Origin: Candidatus Melainabacteria bacterium 17Bon1m
GTDB lineage: Bacteria > Cyanobacteriota > Vampirovibrionia > Obscuribacterales > Obscuribacteraceae
Direction of reading: 5' to 3'
DNA length: 64,000 nt
Assembly (NCBI GenBank): GCA_032128875.1
Contig: JAVLKG010000008.1
Coordinates: 32,001-96,000, forward strand
The notes under the pieces were generated by a model that saw only the letters and a program-made list of their open reading frames with translations, did not search any database and was not told the origin of the DNA. The number at the start of each line of letters is the position of its first letter. The first letter of the stretch is position 1. The translations under genes and the position numbers were made by a program. Positions 39,823 to 48,519 of the stretch are shown here, one piece after another.

Positions 39823-40377
39823 ATGAAAAAACTGATCGAATACCGAGCCTTCCCCTGGGTGGTGGCTCTGGTGGTCGGCGCTGTGATGGGTTTTCTGGTG
39901 GGTCCGCTGGTGACAGCCTTGACTCATCACGCAGCCCTTCCTTTCGCCTGGCAGTGCGTCCTCGGCATCATCGCCGCGGGCGTCACCGGCGGGGTGATCG
40001 AAAATGCGCTCTCTCGCCGTCCGGTCGCGGTCGACCCTGATCGCAAGCCGGGACTGGTCGACAAAGTCTTCGGAGCCGGCCGCGTTTACTACGTGGTCGA
40101 GCCCGACAAGGACGGTCGCATCCAGATCATCGTCAGCGCCAATGGCATCGGCGCCAGGGCTTTCGAAGACAAGCTCGTGCCGATGCTGAAGAAGATCGAG
40201 GGCATGGAATGGGGCAACCCAATCAAGCCCAGCCAGAGCGCGCCGGCAAAGGGGCTGGTCGCTCAACCCGCGCCGAAAGGCGACGGGATCATCGTCGGGA
40301 CCATCCTGGCCGAGGCGAGCCTGGCCAAGACAATCCCGCAAATCGAAGAGTGCCTCGGCTCGGCCGAGCCTCTTTGA
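39823..40377 (+). CDS. Hypothetical 2-TM membrane protein with soluble C-terminal domain
   Basis: GGAG RBS; two N-terminal TM segments. Confidence 0.75.
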   Translation: MKKLIEYRAFPWVVALVVGAVMGFLVGPLVTALTHHAALPFAWQCVLGIIAAGVTGGVIENALSRRPVAVDPDRKPGLVDKVFGAGRVYYVVEPDKDGRIQIIVSANGIGARAFEDKLVPMLKKIEGMEWGNPIKPSQSAPAKGLVAQPAPKGDGIIVGTILAEASLAKTIPQIEECLGSAEPL

Positions 40378-40544
40378 TGCACAACGACTATGCCTGAGCC
40401 GACGCCCGGGCCTCGTGAAGAAGCTTGCCACAAGCCAGCTTCCATCGAGGTTCGGGTCGAGGCGAAGGCGCCAGAGAGAGCGAGAAAAATCTCGTAGGGG
40501 CGCATCGTATGCGCCCTGCCTCTCTCAAACTGGAAAGGCAGCTT

Positions 40545-41096
40545 ATGAAAACACATCTAGCAAACGTTCTGGACCTTGAATTGAGCTGCTATCCCGACGG
40601 AAAGTTTCCCGACGACGAGCGGCAAGAAATCATCGAGGTCGGCTTGACCACGGTCGATCTCCACAAGATGGAGATTGTCGCCGTGCGCAGCATCCCGGTG
40701 ATACCGACGATGTCCTCCATCAGCCCGTTTTGTGCTGAGCTGACCGGATGGACGCAAGCGGCGCTCAACAAGCAAGGTGTGCCCTTCGAAGAAGCGGTTC
40801 GCCGCCTCGTCGAAAAGCACGGTTCCAAAAACCGGCTGTTGGTCACGGATTCCGCTGGTGATCGCAAGTTCTTCGATTGGCAGTGTGCAATGTTCGGCAA
40901 GGCGTCGCCTTTCGGCGACTACGAGCAGAACGTCTCGGTGCTCTTCTCCATCTACACGGAAATCTTCCAGAACGTGTCTTTGGACGACAAGCTGGAAAAA
41001 CTCGGACTCAAGTTCGAGGGACGCCGGCACCGCGCCGACAGCGACTCAATGAACATCGCCCGGCTGCTCATCGAACTGAAGCGCCGCATGCGTTGA
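40545..41096 (+). CDS. DEDDh 3'-5' exonuclease (ERI1/KapD-like)
   Basis: LDLELS, EIIEVG, FCAELTG and FEGRRHRADSD motifs; start ATG 40545 after GAAAGG. Confidence 0.9.
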   Translation: MKTHLANVLDLELSCYPDGKFPDDERQEIIEVGLTTVDLHKMEIVAVRSIPVIPTMSSISPFCAELTGWTQAALNKQGVPFEEAVRRLVEKHGSKNRLLVTDSAGDRKFFDWQCAMFGKASPFGDYEQNVSVLFSIYTEIFQNVSLDDKLEKLGLKFEGRRHRADSDSMNIARLLIELKRRMR

Positions 41097-41149
41097 AAAA
41101 CGCTCTGCGACGCAGCAGCAAACGAGGTCTCTTAATGACCAGTGAAAGA

Positions 41150-41197
41150 ACAGACTGTGCGGCATAAACAACCGCACAGTCTGTCATCTTTCTTTCT
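41150..41197 (+). terminator. Terminator-like hairpin after the exonuclease gene
   Basis: 13-bp perfect stem ACAGACTGTGCGG/CCGCACAGTCTGT followed by a pyrimidine tract. Confidence 0.7.
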
Positions 41198-41913
41198 CGT
41201 CCAGCCCAACTACTGCATATCATAAGGCACCAGATACGCCACCACACAAACAGCTATTTTTTGAAGTCAAAGGTGCGGCTGTACTTCGGATTGCTTTTCG
41301 ACCCAGCCACTGTGACGAACCTTGCGTTTCTACTGCGCATCGAAAGCGGTTGTAGGCGTTTTATTAGAGCTGCCGCCAGCTCGCGAAGGGATTAACAGCC
41401 TCTCACAAACGCGCTAGCCGTTGCGGTGCTGTTTAATGCACAGACCGATTTGGTCGCCGACCCGAGAACCTCACCCAGGCTGCGCTAGTGCTTCACAGCT
41501 TCAAATTTCGACGTACTTTCCCCCCTGCGCTCATTAGCGCAATTTCATTAAAAGCTACCCCAAAAGGAGGGTGGTCAAGAACTGAGAAGTACTACCACCA
41601 CTCATGATCGAGGTGTAGATCTGCTTATTTGGTTTTACTCTGACACTGACTTTTAGTCATACGGCTATTAGAGCTACCTAAGGTTGCTAAATGTCTTACG
41701 TAAGAGTTAGGGTCAAAGCACGTTTTATAAACACTCTTTCATTCCGGAAAAACCCAACCACTCTTCGTTTCAACTTTCATCCAACACCAATTCAGCCCTG
41801 CCAGTTCAGCTCTTTTGCTGTGGCGGGGTTTTCCGTCTCTTGTTGCAGCCCTCACTTAGAGCATTTTGACGCTCAGTTTGGGACCGCAACTACCAGACCT
41901 GAATGAGAACAAC

Positions 41914-42663
41914 ATGGCGAATCTACCCCTGACAGTTCGCTGGTACATGTTCGTGAATGACATCATTCGCGTCTATGCCAGATTGATCCTCAGGCGCCTC
42001 GACAAAATAGACTTCGGAGCTCTGCTCGGTGGACCCGGTTCAGGAAAAGGCACCCTTGGCGTTCGCCTCGGACCTCTCCTGCGACTGATTCTGCTCGGCA
42101 TGGGCGACGTTCTCAGGCGCGAGGATATCCAGAAAGAGTACGGGGACAGACTAGCTGCGATGAGCAAAGGCGGCTTGTTGCCCGACTCCCTGGTTCACGA
42201 AATTCTCGAGCGAGAGCTCACCAAGCCTGCATATGCTCGTGGCGCCATCTTCGATGGAATTCCGCGAACGCTGAGGCAAGCGCTTCTTCTGGAGCGTTCG
42301 CTCGCATGGCGGGGTCTTCGTTTGAACTGGGTGGTGCTGCTCGATATCGATGAAGAAGAGCTCGTGGAGCGACTGACGCATCGACGCACCTGTCCCAACC
42401 CCAATTGCCGCCGCACCTATCACCTCATCAGCAATCGTCCGAAAGTCGAGGGAATCTGCGATGAGTGCAAAACTCCGCTGATTCAGCGCAAGGATGACGT
42501 GCGTGAGGTGATTGTGGAGCGGCTTCGCAAATACCGGGAGGAAATCACTCCTCTCTGTAGCTTCTACAAGGCGCGCGGCGTTTTGTATGAAGTAAAGCCG
42601 GCCAAAGGGAGCACTCCGGAAGAAGTGTTCAACTTGGCCAAATCTGTCCTAACGAGCAACTAG
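41914..42663 (+). CDS. adk: Adenylate kinase family protein with zinc-binding LID and N-terminal extension
   Basis: GGPGSGKGT P-loop, GDVLR, GGLLPD, DGIPRT, CPNPNC...CDEC and QRKDD motifs. Confidence 0.88.
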   Translation: MANLPLTVRWYMFVNDIIRVYARLILRRLDKIDFGALLGGPGSGKGTLGVRLGPLLRLILLGMGDVLRREDIQKEYGDRLAAMSKGGLLPDSLVHEILERELTKPAYARGAIFDGIPRTLRQALLLERSLAWRGLRLNWVVLLDIDEEELVERLTHRRTCPNPNCRRTYHLISNRPKVEGICDECKTPLIQRKDDVREVIVERLRKYREEITPLCSFYKARGVLYEVKPAKGSTPEEVFNLAKSVLTSN

Positions 42664-42673
42664 GAGAAAGACC

Positions 42674-42895
42674 ATGGCTCGCACTTTCCATGTCCTCGCC
42701 GATGACGGCAGCATCGACAAGCGTGCAACCCGCGCTCGCCGCCTGCACGGACCCGGTGCCAAGCGCGTTTCCACGCGTCGCAGCACCATCTGGTCCAACA
42801 TCTCCGGCCTCGGTCCCGACGGCAAGGTGCGTCGCGCCAACGGCAGCATCGACCACGCGGCAACGCGTGAAGTCGAGCGCGGCTGGCACGACTAA
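42674..42895 (+). CDS. DGSIDK-repeat protein A (73 aa, 2 repeats)
   Basis: AGGAGA RBS overlapping the adk stop; FHVLADDGSIDKRATRARRLHG and NGSIDHAATRE. Confidence 0.85.
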   Translation: MARTFHVLADDGSIDKRATRARRLHGPGAKRVSTRRSTIWSNISGLGPDGKVRRANGSIDHAATREVERGWHD

Positions 42896-43190
42896 GCAGT
42901 GACTGGCGTCGAAGCGAAGGAGAAGGTTGCCCACCCGATCCCCGCTTCGGCGCGCAGCCTGCGGTTTGCTCAAAAATTTCGACGGTGAGTGCAGATACCT
43001 GGTTTGCACTTGCCCGGAAGACGCTGACTCTTGCGATGCCGGCAACGGCTCCACGCAGGTGGTCGGCGTATGTGGAGTACCGGTTCGCATGTTGCGTTCC
43101 GGGTTGGTTACAAAACCGACTAAGGGAGCCGCTTACAGGAAGCAGCTTACCTGGTCATGACAGCCCACTTGGGCGAAATGGAGAACTGTT
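42896..43190 (+). ncRNA. Candidate structured leader RNA, copy 1
   Basis: Collinear homology with 43596-43985; conserved loops on stems of different sequence. Confidence 0.6.
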
Positions 43191-43595
43191 ATGACGAACA
43201 TCAACACCACCAATGGCAGCAACGACCTCATCCCCGGCACCAACCTGACCTGGGCTGACGCCGCCGCGATGCACAAGGACTACCTGCGCGACCAGCGTTG
43301 CAAGGGTACCCGCCGCAGCCGCCGCACCCGCACGAACCGTTCGAGCAAGAACGACGGGTTCTACGTGCTGGCGGAGGACGGCAGCATCGACAAGCAGGCC
43401 ACCCGCGAGCGCCGCCTCTTCGGACGCGACGACCGTCAGGTGACCGTGCACCGTGCGCCGCAGGTCGACACGCTGACTTCCGATTGGGACGGGTCGTACT
43501 CGTTCCGCCCGGACGGCAGCATCGACAAGGTCGCCACCCGCGAGCGTCGCCTCTTCGGTGAGCCGGAGAGCTACCTCGCGAGCCTGCTGAACTAA
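43191..43595 (+). CDS. DGSIDK-repeat protein B (134 aa, 2 repeats)
   Basis: GGAG RBS; FYVLAEDGSIDKQATRERRLFG and DWDGSYSFRPDGSIDKVATRERRLFGEP. Confidence 0.88.
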   Translation: MTNINTTNGSNDLIPGTNLTWADAAAMHKDYLRDQRCKGTRRSRRTRTNRSSKNDGFYVLAEDGSIDKQATRERRLFGRDDRQVTVHRAPQVDTLTSDWDGSYSFRPDGSIDKVATRERRLFGEPESYLASLLN

Positions 43596-43985
43596 GCAAG
43601 TGAAGTTAGCACCGGAGCGTTGGAAGGGCTGCCCGCCTGACCGCGCTCCGGTGCGCTTCTTGCTGTTCGCCCCAGAATTCACGGCAGAGCATTGACGCGC
43701 ATCAGCGCTCGGCTTTGCCCAAAGAGTTTCGAAGCACAAGCAGCTACCTGAGCTGTGCGTGCCCGGAAACGCTGATAGCGGAGATGCCTGCAGCTCTTCG
43801 CTCCAGCGTTTGCAGCGTCACCGGGTGGTGGCGTTGCAAAACCATGACGTGGATGTTTCTGCGTTGTGGAAAGCCGGTTCACTTGTTGTGAGCCGGTTTA
43901 TTTGGTGAACCCGACTAAGGGAGACGCACTCAGGATGCGCCTTACCTGGTCATGACAGCCCACTTGGGCACATGGAGAAACTGTT
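43596..43985 (+). ncRNA. Candidate structured leader RNA, copy 2
   Basis: Same ordered motifs as copy 1 with two insertions; 29-nt identical block at 43941-43969. Confidence 0.6.
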
Positions 43986-44495
43986 ATGACGAACATCGAA
44001 AACACCACTGGCAACAGCAGCATCAGCGGCGCCGAGCACAAGCACTGGCTCCGTGAACTGCGCATCGATCGCAGCCTCGGTCTCGACCGCGGTGTGCGCA
44101 ACGGCAGCAAGAAGCGTCGGAACAACGAGGCGACTCGTCCGTTCCACGTCCTGGCCGCCGACGGCAGCATCGACAAGCGCGCCACCCGCGAACGCCGCCT
44201 CTTCGGACCGGACGCCACCCCCGTGGTCACCTCCGGCTCGGACGAGAACATCGGCGCCGACTGGGATGGCCGCTACGTCCTGAAGGACGACGGCTCCATC
44301 GACAAGCAGGCCACGCGCGAGCGTCGGCTGTTCGGTGAGCCCGAAGACCTGTACGGCCGTAACGCTGCCGACTACTTCTTCGGCGACGAAGAGGGCGATG
44401 CCGACAGCAGCTTCCACGTCATCGACGAGGACGGCTGCATCGACAAGCAGGCCACGCGCGAGCGCCGGCTGTTCGGTTCCAGCCTCTGGAACTGA
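43986..44495 (+). CDS. DGSIDK-repeat protein C (169 aa, 3 repeats)
   Basis: GGAG RBS; three DG(S/C)IDKxATRERRLFG units. Confidence 0.88.
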   Translation: MTNIENTTGNSSISGAEHKHWLRELRIDRSLGLDRGVRNGSKKRRNNEATRPFHVLAADGSIDKRATRERRLFGPDATPVVTSGSDENIGADWDGRYVLKDDGSIDKQATRERRLFGEPEDLYGRNAADYFFGDEEGDADSSFHVIDEDGCIDKQATRERRLFGSSLWN

Positions 44496-44571
44496 TACCT
44501 GAAGGGCGTCGGCACTCGCGGACTTGATGCGCAAACGCATTAAGCTCTGCGAGCACCGGCGCTGGTAGCCT

Positions 44572-44608
44572 TGAAAGGCGAGGGTCCTTCCCCTCGTCTT
44601 TCATTTTT
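44572..44608 (+). terminator. Rho-independent terminator ending the repeat-protein cluster
   Basis: TGAAAGGCGAGGG/CCCTCGTCTTTCA stem followed by TTTTT. Confidence 0.8.
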
Positions 44609-44752
44609 AGGGCATTACCTACTGTATGCCATCGTAATTTGAGCAAGAAAAAGAAGCAGGCGACCTGTCCGAGCATTTTCAGCTCGGGACAAATCGCCCA
44701 CTTCAAGACCATTCTCGCTAGTCGTTGTTACGACTAACGGGAATGCAAGGGA

Positions 44753-45334
44753 TTACTTGCGCTTCTGCGTGCGAGGCTTGTCGTCGAAACACGCAGTGCA
44801 CACCTTGGTGCTCGGCTTCAGCCCGCCCAGGATCTTCGCCTCATCTTGCACTCGGCAGAGAATCTGAATCTCTTCGAGCTTGAGGCTGTCACCCTCCAGC
44901 TGCGCGAAGACGTGGGCGCGACAGGCAAGCGCGCGAACGAGTTCGCCGATGTCACCGCTGAACTGCTCGCCCGTGAGCATCCGTGCGATCTTGCGGCATT
45001 CCTGTTTTGCGGCTTGCTTGAGCGCAAGAGAAAAAATACCGCAGGCCACCCGAATATCTCGCCAGGAAGATTTCGGGAAGCCGGCGAAGATCAGCTCGGC
45101 ACGCGCGGCGACGGTATTCTCCGGAGGCGACACACGTTCGTCTGCGCCCGCCGGGAGCATGTTGATCGCGTCATACAACGGGCCCAGACCGGCACGCGCA
45201 TTGAGCACGACGAAAAGATCGATCTTGTCGGGGTCGAACTCGTGTTCGTGAAAAACGCTCAGACAGGGAATCACCTTGATTTCGACGGACGAGCGAAGAG
45301 CAGCGATTGAAGCGGGTTTCTGATTGTCAGTCAT
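44753..45334 (-). CDS. Hypothetical protein
   Basis: 193 aa ORF with AGGAGA RBS. Confidence 0.7.
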   Translation of the reverse strand: MTDNQKPASIAALRSSVEIKVIPCLSVFHEHEFDPDKIDLFVVLNARAGLGPLYDAINMLPAGADERVSPPENTVAARAELIFAGFPKSSWRDIRVACGIFSLALKQAAKQECRKIARMLTGEQFSGDIGELVRALACRAHVFAQLEGDSLKLEEIQILCRVQDEAKILGGLKPSTKVCTACFDDKPRTQKRK

Positions 45335-45792
45335 GACTTTCTCCTATTCTCGTGACTCGTTTCACAGCCGGAACTGCGGTTGGGAAGCTAGAAAAAGCGT
45401 TGCAAATGGAGCTTGCGGGTGCTGCGAAAAAATTCCGGTCGGTGAAAACGAGATGTGGCAAAACCCTATGAAATCGGGCTGGGAAAGCGCAATCGAACCA
45501 AAGTATGATTGCCGATCTCGCGCTAAGTCGACCGCGATAAATGACTGGTTGCTCATGCACTGGCGAACGAACTTCAATGCTCAAAGACCGCACTGCGCCA
45601 GCCCCGGTTCTCGACAAGAGCTAACTGCAACCCTTGAAGACCAATACTTTGGGACTATGATGCAAGCTGCGCCATAATACCCAGGTATGATTTCGCCGCG
45701 CGAAGCTTTTCGCAAGTTAGCGCCAGCTCTTGACGGGCATGCAAAACCCGTCTTGCCTCGATTTTCTATTAGAATGGCTTTGTGTGGAAGGA

Positions 45793-47385
45793 ATGGACGC
45801 CGTGCGCGAACATCAGATCGTCATCAGCCTCAAACCTGAGCAGTTTCAGGAAGTGCAAAAACAAGCTCGGGCAGCTGGAGCTCAGTCTGTTGGCGCCTTC
45901 GTGCGGCAAAATCTGCTCAACTTCCTGGGATTGGAAGAATCGATCAACGCCGGTAAAGCCTCTCAAATGTCTCCCTCTGTCCAAGCTGACCCGGACTGGC
46001 GGTTTATCGCCGGAGAATTGCGCCGCCTGCACCGCGAATTGAAAGTCTTGTCCAGTGAGGCAACTGTATCGAACACCCTGGTGACCGACATAGCCGGTTC
46101 GAACAGTTCGATCAGTGGTCCTACCACTGCGACCGGAGGTCCTCTTCTGGCTTCCACAGTGGCTTTGAGCGAACCTTACAGAGAGCCGGTGCCGGAATAC
46201 AGCCAGCCGGCACAGCATGAAAACTTCCTTACAGATGGCGCGCCGATAGCTGTCGATGACTATTCGGACAATCTCGACGATTCGCTCATTCTTCCCCCAG
46301 CGCATGGTATCACCGGCGGCGGAACGACTCCTTTCTTCCAGACTCCCACGATGCCCAGTCGATCGCCTTTCGGCATGCCGATGTCTTCAGGACTTCCACT
46401 TTCATCGCCTTTCTCGCAGCATACGTTCATGCCGAATATCTCTCCTCTGCCGAGCGATTTGGGCATAGCGGCTCAAGCCCCGGCAAAGCAAGAGTTCACC
46501 GTCGACGAAGGAGATCCGGTCGAAACGACGAAGATTGAGGCAAAACCACAGCAGCCGGCGGAAACGCAACCAATAGCGCAACCCACAGCAACTGAGACCG
46601 CTGCAGCCACGCCCCAAACATCAGCCCAGAGCGCCTCTCAGCTAATAACTCAACCGACATCGCAAGCTGCGTTTCAAACCGCATCTCAAGACCCTCAAGT
46701 TACACAAGCTGCGCAACCCGTTTCACAACCAGACCAACGACCTGCAGCAGCAGCCCAGCTTCCTCCTGCAAATGCTCCCCAGCAACCTCCGGCAGTTCAG
46801 CAACCTGTTGCCCCACCGCAAGCAGCAGCACCTGTACAACCGGAAGCGCCGACTATCACACCTGTGCAAACTCGTTCACAGATTGCTTCTCAAACTCCAG
46901 CTGAGCAGCCAGGAGCATTCGCGCCACAGAAAGACGACATGGAAGTTCTTGCAGACAGAGCGTTTGCAATTTCACCAAGACTTGGCGCAATTGAGCCGGA
47001 AGTTACACTGCAACCGGCACAAAGCCGAAGCTTCGCCGACACTCTTGAAGAATTGCTCGACGCCGGCCTAATCAACCAGGTTTTGTCTCAGACCGAAGTT
47101 GAAGAGGACAATCCTTACGCCGGAGAAGTTGAAGCACCTCCGGAGGATGACCTGGTTCAGGTAATCGTTCAGGAAGTCGACGTACCCTCGCCCGACGCCA
47201 CAGATAGCAAAAACGCCGAAGAGTCCGATAACACGAGCAATAGCGAGCCTGAGGACAGTCAGAATGATCCGCCTGCCGCGATTCAACATGACCCTCCGCC
47301 ACCGCCTCGCCCAATTGGCGGCGCCGATCAATCTGGCGAAGACGAGCCACCCAAGCCACCTCCGCGCCGCAGAAAGTTGATGTAA
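45793..47385 (+). CDS. Pro/Gln/Ala-rich, largely disordered protein with N-terminal ribbon-helix-helix-like segment
   Basis: QIVISLKPEQFQEVQKQARAAGAQSVGAFVR followed by a long low-complexity region. Confidence 0.75.
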   Translation: MDAVREHQIVISLKPEQFQEVQKQARAAGAQSVGAFVRQNLLNFLGLEESINAGKASQMSPSVQADPDWRFIAGELRRLHRELKVLSSEATVSNTLVTDIAGSNSSISGPTTATGGPLLASTVALSEPYREPVPEYSQPAQHENFLTDGAPIAVDDYSDNLDDSLILPPAHGITGGGTTPFFQTPTMPSRSPFGMPMSSGLPLSSPFSQHTFMPNISPLPSDLGIAAQAPAKQEFTVDEGDPVETTKIEAKPQQPAETQPIAQPTATETAAATPQTSAQSASQLITQPTSQAAFQTASQDPQVTQAAQPVSQPDQRPAAAAQLPPANAPQQPPAVQQPVAPPQAAAPVQPEAPTITPVQTRSQIASQTPAEQPGAFAPQKDDMEVLADRAFAISPRLGAIEPEVTLQPAQSRSFADTLEELLDAGLINQVLSQTEVEEDNPYAGEVEAPPEDDLVQVIVQEVDVPSPDATDSKNAEESDNTSNSEPEDSQNDPPAAIQHDPPPPPRPIGGADQSGEDEPPKPPPRRRKLM

Positions 47386-47757
47386 AAGGGTCCATTTTGC
47401 AACCAAACGTTCCGAACCTGCTCCACAGTTCTTTTCAAAATTGAGCATTTGAAGGGGGAATTCTCCCACCGAGAACAGGCGGAAATTAGTTCTGGTGAAT
47501 TGACGGTCTTAATTTTGTCGCTTAATATCGTCGCTGTTCCGATGGCGGGAACGCTGATCAGCCAGCTTCTGACAGATTTAGTCTATATATGCAATTTAGA
47601 CGGCAAAGACGGGGGTAGAAAAACCCAACTGTCGGCTCCGCTTTAAGCTTGCATGCGCAACAAAATTGGCAATTTGGCGTGGTAAAACCGTGGTATATAG
47701 GATAGACCGATCTCTCTCATGTAGCTGTTTTCTGTCTGACCAAATGGTGGTAATGGC

Positions 47758-48198
47758 ATGTCCAACGACAACATAAATACTGGTAAGGGCGACTTGCAGC
47801 CCAAGCCACCTGATAAAGATTTTGATCCGCTGGAACTACTAAAAGAGCAAGAGTTAAGTAAACAAGCGGAACTGATAGACCTAGCAGTTAACGACGATAT
47901 CGTAGAAGAGACTGGTGACCTTTTAACAGAAGCGGAGCGTGAGACCTTGAGAATGACGGCAGAGCAAGTAGAAACGGCCAGAACAAGCTGGGCCGCCGTT
48001 ATTAAAGACCCGCAAAAATCCTTGCAGGCCTTGGATGAACAACAAAGACGCATCGAAGAATTGATCAAAGCAAAAGACATGGACGGGCTGCGTGAGATGC
48101 AACGCAAAGTTGACGAGCAGCTCAAAATGATTGTTGTGGCAGTGTCAGACGTAAAAAAAGCTCGCGCGTGGGATTCGGTGCTGATAGCAGCTTCCTAA
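47758..48198 (+). CDS. Hypothetical helical protein
   Basis: 146 aa, charged and coiled-coil-like. Confidence 0.7.
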   Translation: MSNDNINTGKGDLQPKPPDKDFDPLELLKEQELSKQAELIDLAVNDDIVEETGDLLTEAERETLRMTAEQVETARTSWAAVIKDPQKSLQALDEQQRRIEELIKAKDMDGLREMQRKVDEQLKMIVVAVSDVKKARAWDSVLIAAS

Positions 48199-48303
48199 CG
48201 GACGCGGCGGATCTCACGCGCAAAGACAACGAAAAGAAAAACTCCTGAGCAGCGCTCAGGAAAGTTTGACGCGTTTCGTTGCAACTGAATCAGAATTGAA
48301 AGC

Positions 48304-48442
48304 GTGGGGGCGCGTTGCACGCGCCCTTTTTTCGTTTGTTTATTCCCAAGAAACTTCCAGCTACGCAGGGGAGCAACATGCGGCTCCCTGCCAGGAAAGC
48401 GCATGCGGCTCCCTGTCAGGGAAGCGCATGCGCTTCCCCTAC
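48304..48442. repeat. Cluster of four REP-like palindromes
   Basis: GTGGGGGCGCGTTGCACGCGCCCT plus three tandem (G)CATGCGGCTCCCT-type units ending in CCCCTAC. Confidence 0.75.
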
Positions 48443-48519
48443 GACTACCTAGCAAAAAGGACGACGCTTACGCATCGCCCTTTGTTTGATTCAGATCGAA
48501 AACAGCTTGGCGGAACGGT

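Noticed and set aside
43135-43146. AGGAAGCAGC resemblance to SRP RNA helix 8
   Set aside because: The rest of the SRP motif is absent and copy 2 does not keep this sequence.
42896-43985. Spacers as integron attC sites or cobalamin riboswitches
   Set aside because: No RYYYAAC/GTTRRRY-bounded single palindrome and no integrase. The cobalamin core motifs are not found apart from ACCTG.
42674-44495. DGSID motif as an EF-hand or a multi-core RiPP precursor
   Set aside because: EF-hand acidic ligands are missing (position 12 is Ala), and no modifying enzymes or transporter lie nearby.
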